The position numbers were made by a program, and so were the translations under genes. Below, one piece after another: positions 14,413 through 21,491 of a stretch of 21,491 bases of DNA. The first letter of the stretch is position 1; each line of letters opens with the position of its first letter. This DNA is from an uncultured virus (IMG/VR IMGVR_UViG_3300049827_000124) (Duplodnaviria > Heunggongvirae > Uroviricota > Caudoviricetes). Where the stretch lies: IMG/VR virus record IMGVR_UViG_3300049827_000124; one strand, given 5' to 3'. The notes under the pieces are model-generated. The model had not been told where the DNA came from. It searched no databases and saw only the letters and a program-made list of their open reading frames with translations.

Positions 14413-14987
14413 TAAATTTTATTATCTTTGTCTTATGAAAAAAGATAGCCAGGCCGAAGTAAAAATCCGTAAATTCAGGGAACCCTCAGCACGTAACGGT
14501 GGTGGCAATCCTGAGCCAAGCCTTGAGAGTAAGGAAGGTGCAGAGACTAGACACGGATTATGTAAGAAATGCAATGAACCTATTCCGGTTCACAAATACA
14601 AAAATGCTAAATTTTGCAGCGACAAATGTAGAACTGCATTTGCTTCTCATAAATGGAGAGTTGAACATGGATTAATCAAAGTTCCTAATGTAGGATCTGG
14701 AGGTAATCAATGGGGAAAGGACAATCATCAGTACAAAACTGGTGTTGGTACTTATTCTAAAAAAGCTTTTGAACATTATGGGAAAATTTGTAATAGATGC
14801 TCTATTGAAAAGAACTTGTTAGTACATCACATAGATCATGACAGGTGTAATAATGATTTATCTAATTTAGAAGTTCTTTGTAAAAAGTGTCATCAGAATC
14901 ATCATTGCATCAGAGATGAAGAAGGAAAATTCATCTCACATACATAAAGGTATAGTCCAGGCACATAGGAAACTATGTGAATCCATG
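14413..14987 (+). mobile_element. Group I self-splicing intron (575 nt) in polA motif B
   Basis: 5' exon ends in U and intron ends in G; splicing restores KTINFG|LAYGMG. P AAATTCAGGGAA 14471, Q AATCCTGAGC 14507, R GTGCAGAGACTAGA 14538, S AAGGTATAGTCC 14947. P1 ATTTCGGT/GCCGAAGT with U-G pair. P9 CACATAG-GAAA-CTATGTG. Confidence 0.95.
14435..14947 (+). CDS. Intron-encoded HNH homing endonuclease
   Basis: CKKC...FCSDKC zinc finger, and CNRC...VHHIDHDRCNNDLSNLEVLCKKCHQNHH HNH domain. Confidence 0.9.
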   Translation: MKKDSQAEVKIRKFREPSARNGGGNPEPSLESKEGAETRHGLCKKCNEPIPVHKYKNAKFCSDKCRTAFASHKWRVEHGLIKVPNVGSGGNQWGKDNHQYKTGVGTYSKKAFEHYGKICNRCSIEKNLLVHHIDHDRCNNDLSNLEVLCKKCHQNHHCIRDEEGKFISHT

Positions 14988-15512
14988 TTGGCATATGGAA
15001 TGGGACCTAAGAAGTTATCTGAAACAATCAATTGCTCTACAAAAGAAGCAAAGGATTTGATTACTAAGTACTTCAAAGCCTTCCCTAAAATTGAGGCATT
15101 CTTAAATGGTCTTGGGGAGTTTGGAAAGAAACACGGTTACATTGAGACTTTCCCTCCATTCAGAAGGAAGAGGTGGTTTAACAGTTGGACTCCAAAGATG
15201 TACAGTGATAGAGATAGCTTTATGGAACTGGGATCAATTGAGAGAGCATCTAAGAACACACCGATTCAAGGTAGTTCAGCTGATATGACTAAGCTTGCAT
15301 TAGTTCTCATTTATAGGCATATTAAAAAGTACGACTTACCTGTTAAGATAATCATGACTGTTCATGATCAGATTGACACAGTTTGTCCAAGAGAATATGC
15401 TGAAGAATGGAAACAAAGAATGACTGAGCTTATGCAACAAGCAGCTGACACTGTTATTAAGAATGGATTGTTGAAAGCAGAAACATCAATCACTAATGTT
15501 TGGAGTAAATAA
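14988..15512 (+). CDS. polA: Family A DNA polymerase, exon 2
   Basis: LAYGMG, ERASKNTPIQGSSAD, motif C TVHDQI. Spliced product is 638 aa from ATG 13021. Confidence 0.92.
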   Translation: MAYGMGPKKLSETINCSTKEAKDLITKYFKAFPKIEAFLNGLGEFGKKHGYIETFPPFRRKRWFNSWTPKMYSDRDSFMELGSIERASKNTPIQGSSADMTKLALVLIYRHIKKYDLPVKIIMTVHDQIDTVCPREYAEEWKQRMTELMQQAADTVIKNGLLKAETSITNVWSK

Positions 15513-15514
15513 TC

Positions 15515-15865
15515 ATGACTCAAGAAGAAGAAAAAATTAAAGTACTAACATTATTAATGTGGTTACAGACTGCTGTTTATGCTGCAGATGAATGTCAAGA
15601 GATTGCATGGTTTAATACTAGAAGAAGTAAACAACTATTAAAGTCTACTGTTGACATCATTCTGAAAGAGCACGGTGGAATTATCAAAACCTTATGGGAT
15701 GTAGATGGTGTGCAAATGCCAGAAGTCACTAAAGCTTTAGAAGAATTCACTGGGCTCTTATCTACTACTGACTATTACAAACTGCCTGAGATATCAGCTC
15801 TTATCAGAGCTTATCAAGCAGGAGAATTTGAAGAAATGTTTAAACCTACAAGAAATGAACAGTAA
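15515..15865 (+). CDS. Hypothetical protein
   Basis: 116 aa, starts 2 nt after the polA stop. Confidence 0.75.
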   Translation: MTQEEEKIKVLTLLMWLQTAVYAADECQEIAWFNTRRSKQLLKSTVDIILKEHGGIIKTLWDVDGVQMPEVTKALEEFTGLLSTTDYYKLPEISALIRAYQAGEFEEMFKPTRNEQ

Positions 15866-16097
15866 TTTACCAGCAGGGGCAGAGAATGACCCTAATAGAC
15901 CATGGGATACTTCAGAGAAGTATTGTCGTGTTTGTGAATCTGAGTCCATTGGAGATCTAGTTGATAATTATTTAGCAGAACATCCCGATTGTGGAGATTG
16001 GAATGAAGCTTATCAAAAGCTAGAAGAAGATGAGCAGATTGGATTATGTAGACATTGCTATTGGGAAGAAAATCACGGATGGGACAATGAAGACTAA
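15855..16097 (+). CDS. Hypothetical acidic protein with two CxxC motifs
   Basis: Start re-called at ATG 15855: MNSNLPAGAENDPNRPW...CRVC...CRHC. Confidence 0.7.
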   Translation: MNSNLPAGAENDPNRPWDTSEKYCRVCESESIGDLVDNYLAEHPDCGDWNEAYQKLEEDEQIGLCRHCYWEENHGWDNED

Positions 16098-16386
16098 AAG
16101 ACTAACTGATGATGACATGGTAAAAGATATAATCAATACCATGTTTCTTATAGCTGGCCACAATGTAACCTTTGAGGACATCAAAGACCGTAAGGACAAG
16201 TGGTATGAGCAATGGACCATGACTCCTGAGCAAGAAGAAAAGTGGACGGAATGGATGGTAGGATATTTACGTAAGCATAGAAGGCTTACCGTTAAGTATG
16301 CTCAAAGATCTGCTTCTATGTACAACCTAATGTGGGGCCTTAAAGTGGAACAGGCTAAAGTTCCCGATATCGATAACATAAATTAA
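16087..16386 (+). CDS. Hypothetical phage protein
   Basis: Start re-called at ATG 16087; Trp-rich (WYEQWTMT-x-EQ-x-x-x-W...WGLK). Confidence 0.75.
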   Translation: MKTKRLTDDDMVKDIINTMFLIAGHNVTFEDIKDRKDKWYEQWTMTPEQEEKWTEWMVGYLRKHRRLTVKYAQRSASMYNLMWGLKVEQAKVPDIDNIN

Positions 16387-16387
16387 C

Positions 16388-16555
16388 GTGAAAAAGTTAT
16401 TCATTCTTGCACTGCTGTTTGCTTCATGTAAGCAAGCCCCAGTAAACATTACAGTTCATTGTCCAGAAAAGGATACAACGAAACTGTTTGACTTAGAAAC
16501 TGTAGGTACTACAACAGACCCAACAGAAGAAGAACTTAATCAATTAAACAATTAA
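16388..16555 (+). CDS. Small lipoprotein (55 aa, not in ORF track)
   Basis: GTG start; MKKLFILALLFAS|CKQAPV... is a classic lipoprotein signal. Confidence 0.75.
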   Translation: MKKLFILALLFASCKQAPVNITVHCPEKDTTKLFDLETVGTTTDPTEEELNQLNN

Positions 16556-16560
16556 ACAAA

Positions 16561-16863
16561 ATGGTTATAGCAATCACAGTTTTATCATTACTATTGGCCT
16601 GTATGACAATAGTATTTGCTTTTGGATTAAAAGTAATTAGAAGAATGTCAAATGAAATCAAGTATCAAGAAGATATTATTGATGCTAAAAATGATTCTTT
16701 GAAATATTATTTGGATTCTTATCAAGATGTTTTTGACGAGTTGATGAAATTAAGAATTTCTACTGCTAACAAAAGATCTCCTGGCCGTCCTAAAGGTTCT
16801 AAGAACAAGGTTCAGAAGCCTAAGTTTTCTCAGAAAGAGTTTGACAAAAAATACGGGAAATAA
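16561..16863 (+). CDS. Membrane-anchored coiled-coil protein with an AT-hook motif
   Basis: N-terminal TM helix, coiled coil, KRSPGRPKGSKNK. Confidence 0.7.
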   Translation: MVIAITVLSLLLACMTIVFAFGLKVIRRMSNEIKYQEDIIDAKNDSLKYYLDSYQDVFDELMKLRISTANKRSPGRPKGSKNKVQKPKFSQKEFDKKYGK

Positions 16864-17048
16864 TGCCAGACATAGCAAAATGTAAGGGGGATAACTGCCC
16901 CCTTGCCTTTAACTGTTACAGACATACAGCTAAGGCAAATCCCTATGCTCAATCTTATTTTACAGAAGCACCTTGGGATGAAGAAAAGAAAGAATGTAAT
17001 TACTATTTACCAAACGAAAAAATCCAAATTAAATCAGATGACAAATGA
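16863..17048 (+). CDS. Small Cys-rich phage protein
   Basis: MPDIAKC-x4-CP-x4-CYR...QSYF...C-x-YY; TAATG and ATGA overlaps with neighbours. Confidence 0.75.
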   Translation: MPDIAKCKGDNCPLAFNCYRHTAKANPYAQSYFTEAPWDEEKKECNYYLPNEKIQIKSDDK

Positions 17049-17602
17049 CGGAAAGAAAGAAGTTTTACTCAACGAAAAGAAGGAAACATTTACTGAGTTT
17101 GATAGAGTCTTCACGGGATTCCTCGATAGAATTTACGAAGTCACGAGACCCGAAGGCAATATCGGAGATGATGATGAAGATAGTGGAGCATCTGTTTCAC
17201 ATTCCTAGAGAAGAATTCTTATCAGAGAGTCGTATCAGAGACTATGTTGTACGTCGTACTCTAGTTGTCAATCTAATAACTATGCATACTCACCACAGAG
17301 ATGTGGAGATTGCTAAGGTTATTAATCGTGACAGAACTAGTGTGATTCACATGCAGAAGCTTCACGACGATCTTATGTTTTCTGATGGAACATATCGAGA
17401 GTATTTCGAGAGAGCTTCTAGTTTTTATGCCAGAGCTAATTATTTACCAAGAGTAGAAGATGCAACATTAGATGGCATCATTGAAAAGATAGTAAAGCTT
17501 AATGAAGAAGTAGAAGTACTCAATGGAATGCTTGGTAATTTATTAGTTAACGTAAAATCTAAAGACAATGTCACAAGTACAGAACAAACTCTTAGCAATT
17601 AA
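17045..17602 (+). CDS. DnaA domain IV (Bac_DnaA_C)-like DNA-binding protein
   Basis: SESRIRDYVVRR...EIAKVINRDRTSVIH resembles the DnaA R-x-x-x-x-x-x-x-R...IG-x-x-F-x-RDHTTV-x-H signature; no AAA+ domain. Confidence 0.75.
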   Translation: MTERKKFYSTKRRKHLLSLIESSRDSSIEFTKSRDPKAISEMMMKIVEHLFHIPREEFLSESRIRDYVVRRTLVVNLITMHTHHRDVEIAKVINRDRTSVIHMQKLHDDLMFSDGTYREYFERASSFYARANYLPRVEDATLDGIIEKIVKLNEEVEVLNGMLGNLLVNVKSKDNVTSTEQTLSN

Positions 17603-18767
17603 AGATGCTGAACAAAAGAAAGCATTGAATGCTTGGAAAGATGAAGGCTATGTAGGCACTGTTATAGCTGGTACAGGATTCGGGAAGAGTCGTGTTGGTG
17701 TTATTGCCTGTGGAGCTATGATTCGTAAACATGGAGGTAGAGGCTTGGTCTTAGTCCCTACTAATCAATTGCAAGACCAGTTTGAAGAAGAATTTAAGAA
17801 GTGGGGTTATGAAGATGTATTGGATAGTGTAGATATCCTATGTTATGCATCGGCTCATAAACTACGAGATAAGATGTACACTGTTACAGTAGCAGATGAA
17901 GTGCATCTTGGTTTGTCCCCAATCTATCGAGAAATCTTTCTTCAAAATAACCACAAAAGACTTCTTTGTATGACTGCCACTGCCCCAGAGGAAGAGGAAT
18001 ACGAAGATTTACTTGATGAGATAGCCCCAACGGTCTATACCATTACCCTAGATGAGTGTGTAGAGAAAGGATTAGTGGCCCCTTACACTATTCACTGTGT
18101 TCCCGTTCCATTGTTAGATTCAGAGAGAGATGCTTACAAAGCTGCAAACAATGCCTTTGTTCATTATAAGTATCATCTTGGGATGTACAATGCTTTCGAG
18201 GAGGCAGGTAGAATATTGAAGGACCCTAATGCTAGTCCTGTACAGAAGAAGAATGCAACTTTGTTCTACAAAGCTATTCGAGATAGGAAGGAAGTAGTTC
18301 AGAAGGCTCATAACAAAATTCTTTATACTGCTATGATAGCTAAGACTAAAGCAGATAAGAAAATACTAACGTTTGCCGGAACTAATGAATTCACTAACCA
18401 AATGTATACAGAGTTGAATGCTGGAGATTGTAAATCGGCTAGATATCATTCAGCTCTTGGTAAGAAAGAGAAGGACAAAGCTCTCAAGGATTTCAGAGAA
18501 AATGAGGTACGAATACTGTGTTCTACAAAGGCATTGAATCAAGGATTCGATGTACCTGATGCACAGCTCGGAATCATCTGTGGCCTTGATAGCAAAGCAT
18601 TAGCCATGATTCAGAGAGTGGGTAGATTGTTACGACTTAGCCCCGATAAGGTAGGTGAAGTAGTAATCTTATACGTAAAAGACTCTCAAGAAGAAAAGTG
18701 GTTAAAAAGTTCTATCGAAAGTTTATCAAATATAGTTTGGTGTGACGATATTTCTTCTTATATTTGA
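17568..18767 (+). CDS. Superfamily 2 DExH helicase
   Basis: Walker A GTGFGKS, DEVH, TAT, LNQGFDVPD and QRVGRLLR. Confidence 0.92.
   Translation: MSQVQNKLLAIKDAEQKKALNAWKDEGYVGTVIAGTGFGKSRVGVIACGAMIRKHGGRGLVLVPTNQLQDQFEEEFKKWGYEDVLDSVDILCYASAHKLRDKMYTVTVADEVHLGLSPIYREIFLQNNHKRLLCMTATAPEEEEYEDLLDEIAPTVYTITLDECVEKGLVAPYTIHCVPVPLLDSERDAYKAANNAFVHYKYHLGMYNAFEEAGRILKDPNASPVQKKNATLFYKAIRDRKEVVQKAHNKILYTAMIAKTKADKKILTFAGTNEFTNQMYTELNAGDCKSARYHSALGKKEKDKALKDFRENEVRILCSTKALNQGFDVPDAQLGIICGLDSKALAMIQRVGRLLRLSPDKVGEVVILYVKDSQEEKWLKSSIESLSNIVWCDDISSYI
18736..18766 (+). promoter_or_regulatory. Bacteroidota sigma-70-type promoter
   Basis: TTTG (18736-18739), 19-nt spacer, TATATTTG (18759-18766), upstream of the ATG at 18804. 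Confidence 0.7.
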
Positions 18768-18803
18768 ATACGATTACTTATAGAAAGTATAAAAGAAACT
18801 TTT

Positions 18804-19367
18804 ATGATCATTGAAATTGATACAGAAAAGCTGTTGGCCCATGGGTTTACAGCTGATGAGTTCCTGTTCTTATCTATGCTTAATCGTGACCATGATTCTA
18901 GTGACTTAAAGTTAATTATTGACCGTGAGAAATTGCAAACCAACGGTTGGATTAAGTTGGGAGAGGAGGACGATTGTACATTGAGAGAAAAATTTAACGA
19001 CGAATTCTCAAGTACAGAAGATGTCATATGGCACGGCCTCCTTTCTCACTATCCACTCAAAGTAATTGCAAATGGAGCAGTCAGAATACTTAGAGCTAAA
19101 GATCCCGGCTCTAAGGCAAATGCAAAAGCAAAATCCCGTTATCTCAAATACATAGGAAAAGATAAACAAAAGCACGAACACGTTATAGAGTGTCTGCAAC
19201 GAGAGCTCCTATTACGTAAGAGAGGCAATAACTTAGGATTTATGCAGCAGCTAGAAACTTGGATTAATAATCACACATGGGAGAAGTACAGTGATCTAAG
19301 TGATGGAGAATCAAAATCAACAACTGAGTCATCAGGCTCAGAAAGTAGAATCACAAGACAGCTTTGA
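18804..19367 (+). CDS. Putative replication initiator or helicase-loader-like protein
   Basis: 187 aa directly upstream of and overlapping dnaB; W-x-x-x-x-x-x-YP and ETWINNHTWE motifs. Function inferred from position only. Confidence 0.5.
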   Translation: MIIEIDTEKLLAHGFTADEFLFLSMLNRDHDSSDLKLIIDREKLQTNGWIKLGEEDDCTLREKFNDEFSSTEDVIWHGLLSHYPLKVIANGAVRILRAKDPGSKANAKAKSRYLKYIGKDKQKHEHVIECLQRELLLRKRGNNLGFMQQLETWINNHTWEKYSDLSDGESKSTTESSGSESRITRQL

Positions 19368-20280
19368 CGACTCGTTAAAGGATTTTAGACACATCTCTCA
19401 TTCAGTAGACAAATCAATAGAAGAAATTAAACTTGCTCAAACAGGGCAACGAATTGTCTTCCCTACTGGATGGTCGAGATTGGATAAGAACTTGCTTGGT
19501 GGTTTACAGAAAGGTAAGATGTACGTTATTGCCGGTCGTCCTGGTGTAGGTAAATCTGCATTTTCAAACCAATTAATCTTTGATGTATTAGATAAGAACA
19601 AAGACAAGAAAGTAATAGTACTGTACTGGACGTTCGAGATGCCTGACTATCAGCAGATCATGAGAGCTGCATCAAACAAGGCACAACTCCAGTTTTCACA
19701 GTTATACAGTGTCGACCAAAAGTTATCTGACGATGGATTAAAGAAGTATGAAGATGCAGTAGACAGCTATAGGAAGTATCCTATATTCTTCTGCTCTATT
19801 CCACAGAACATGGTGAAGATTAAAGAGATTAACAACAGAGTGTATCAAAAGCATCCTGAACACACAATCATTAATCTTTATGACCATTCGAGATTGATTC
19901 TAGGATCAGAAGACACAGAGCTTCAGAAGCTGAATCAAGTATCGAAGACATGTATGTGGTTGCAAGCAAGAATGGGTAGTATTTCTATCCTGTTGTCACA
20001 GCTAAACAGGAATATCGAGCAAGAGTATCGTGCCAAACAACAGTATCAACCACAACTTACAGACCTATTTGGTGGTGATTCTATTGGGCAAGATGCTCAC
20101 GTAGTGATGATGCTACAAAGACCATTCGACCTTTACGGTATTACAGACAGCTATTGTGGGGAAGACCCAGAGGGGTTGTTAGCCTGTCATATTGAGAAGA
20201 ATCGTGATGGTCAATTGGGTATGATTCCCTACGAAGCTGATTTGTCAACATTTAATTTGACAGAAAGAGTGAAAAAGTAA
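19300..20280 (+). CDS. dnaB: DnaB-like replicative helicase (C-terminal ATPase domain)
   Basis: TGW-x-x-LD, IAGRPGVGKS, FEMP, LLSQLNR-x-IE, DLFGGDSIGQDAHVV and IEKNRDG. Confidence 0.92.
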   Translation: MMENQNQQLSHQAQKVESQDSFDDSLKDFRHISHSVDKSIEEIKLAQTGQRIVFPTGWSRLDKNLLGGLQKGKMYVIAGRPGVGKSAFSNQLIFDVLDKNKDKKVIVLYWTFEMPDYQQIMRAASNKAQLQFSQLYSVDQKLSDDGLKKYEDAVDSYRKYPIFFCSIPQNMVKIKEINNRVYQKHPEHTIINLYDHSRLILGSEDTELQKLNQVSKTCMWLQARMGSISILLSQLNRNIEQEYRAKQQYQPQLTDLFGGDSIGQDAHVVMMLQRPFDLYGITDSYCGEDPEGLLACHIEKNRDGQLGMIPYEADLSTFNLTERVKK

Positions 20281-20305
20281 ATTAATAATTTAACAATTAA
20301 ACGTT

Positions 20306-20584
20306 ATGAATTTAGACTCAGAAGAGCCAAGAGAAATGCCAATGCCTGAAATGGAACTTACGTCCACTGAATTTACAGGTGTAAAAGAATATGTCCCAAG
20401 TGCAGGAGATATTTTGAAAAATTACGAAGTGACTATTAAACCACTTGATTCTGGAGCTACAGTTAGAGTTGGATGCAAAACAATTGCATTTACAACTTTA
20501 GAAGAAGCTTTAGAAAACGTTAATTTTTATTTCAAAGATCCACAAACAAGTTATAAACATTGGATGAAAGAATTTAATAAGTAA
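20306..20584 (+). CDS. Hypothetical protein
   Basis: 92 aa with an A/T-rich leader and a VRVGCKTIAF motif. Confidence 0.75.
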   Translation: MNLDSEEPREMPMPEMELTSTEFTGVKEYVPSAGDILKNYEVTIKPLDSGATVRVGCKTIAFTTLEEALENVNFYFKDPQTSYKHWMKEFNK

Positions 20585-20588
20585 AAGA

Positions 20589-21293
20589 ATGGAGTTAGTA
20601 CTGCCAACAGAGAAGGTCGCTGCCCTTCGTAAGAGTCCGAGACACATGATTATCTACGGGCCACCCAAGGTGGGTAAAACAACAGCACTTGCTAAACTTG
20701 AAGGATGTCTTATCATAGATCTGGAGCAAGGATCGGATATGATAGAAGCACTTAAAGTTAAAGCAGCTAATCTAAAAGAGTTAGGTGAAATTGGTAAAGC
20801 AATTATGAAAGCTGGAAAGCCTTACAAATATATTGCTATCGATACCTTGACTCAATTAGAGGTATGGTGTGAGGCAGATGCCAAAGAACTCTATCGTCAA
20901 ACCCCAATGGGTAAGAACTTTGACACTGATAACAAAGGGTTATCTGTTCTTAGTCTTCCTAACGGTGCTGGCTATTTGTATCTACGAATGGCTATCAAGA
21001 AGTGGATGGATAGATTAGAGACTTTGTCTGACCACATCATTTACATCGGTCACTTAAAAGATAAGCAGATCGAGAAGAAAGGTAAGGAGGTATCAGCTAA
21101 AGATTTAGATTTGACTGGTAAGATTCGTAGTATTGCTTGTGCTAACTCAGATGCCATCGGCTATGTGTATAGAAACGAGGATAAGACTATGATCTCATTC
21201 AATTCATCTGATGATATCACTGCCGGCTCACGTTGTGAGCATTTAAGAGGTCAAGAGATCGAGCTTGACTGGAGTAAAATTTATATTGATTAA
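20589..21293 (+). CDS. P-loop ATPase, AAA_24/Sak4-like
   Basis: IYGPPKVGKTT, IIDLEQGS, Walker B IAIDT, IGH and DAIGY. Confidence 0.85.
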   Translation: MELVLPTEKVAALRKSPRHMIIYGPPKVGKTTALAKLEGCLIIDLEQGSDMIEALKVKAANLKELGEIGKAIMKAGKPYKYIAIDTLTQLEVWCEADAKELYRQTPMGKNFDTDNKGLSVLSLPNGAGYLYLRMAIKKWMDRLETLSDHIIYIGHLKDKQIEKKGKEVSAKDLDLTGKIRSIACANSDAIGYVYRNEDKTMISFNSSDDITAGSRCEHLRGQEIELDWSKIYID

Positions 21294-21309
21294 TTAAAAC
21301 CCTAGAAAA

Positions 21310-21491
21310 ATGGCTATTGAAGCTAACGTTCAACAAAATCCAACTGTTGCAAATAATGCAACAACTGAAGGTCCTATCGTATTAACGGTAACAGGAATCA
21401 TTAATGACTTAAACGACGGTATCGATCGTGATGGCATTGCAACTAAGTACAACTTGACTAAAGCTGAGGTAACTGAGCTATTCAAGCACCC
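21310..21491 (+). CDS. Partial ORF, possible HTH protein
   Basis: MAIEANVQQNPTVANNATTEGPIVLTVTGIINDLNDGIDRDGIATKYNLTKAEVTELFKH..., open to the window end. Confidence 0.7.
   Translation, partial: MAIEANVQQNPTVANNATTEGPIVLTVTGIINDLNDGIDRDGIATKYNLTKAEVTELFKH

Noticed and set aside
14413..14415. Stop-codon readthrough, frameshift, pseudogene or intein explaining the split polA
   Set aside because: A complete group I intron with correct U and G splice boundaries restores motif B exactly.
14916..14987. Predicted N-terminus of the 198-aa ORF
   Set aside because: This is intron sequence (L8 end, P8, S, P9); the coding part begins at 14988 as exon 2.
190..19199. Shadow ORFs (190+, 1458+, 2212+, 3930+, 5253+, 5721+, 6812-, 7202-, 12076-, 12822-, 13904+, 15106+, 16903+, 18120-, 18758-, 19008-)
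   Set aside because: Antisense or out-of-frame overlaps of better-supported genes or non-coding elements, with no recognisable motifs.
1..21491. Alternative genetic code as in some crAss-like phages
   Set aside because: Conserved genes are intact and tile densely in the standard code, and no suppressor tRNA is evident.

Overview
This 21.5 kb AT-rich window is most consistent with a Bacteroidota-infecting phage of the crAss-like type, read in the standard genetic code. That assignment is inferred from gene content and TAnnTTTG promoter elements. Positions 1-6060 (minus strand) carry an HU/IHF-like gene, a wHTH gene, GroES, a lysis cassette (YkuD-like endolysin, two holin candidates, an atypical spanin-like pair) and a tail-fibre-like gene. 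A divergent control region follows, with a GIY-YIG/HipB-like HTH fusion and a repeat-rich non-coding stretch. Positions 7200-13000 (plus strand) hold small accessory genes interleaved with dense structured non-coding RNA: a twister ribozyme with a large P5 insert, multi-hairpin RNAs and three degenerate tRNA-like elements. They are followed by a tandem array of short 'KQTAV...GGNNE' cassette genes joined by conserved DNA repeats. From 13000 to the end is a replication module: family A DNA polymerase split by a 575-nt group I intron whose HNH ORF runs through the ribozyme core, a DnaA domain IV protein, an SF2 helicase, DnaB and a Sak4/AAA_24-like ATPase. All RNA structures were derived by eye; no database search or folding program was run.
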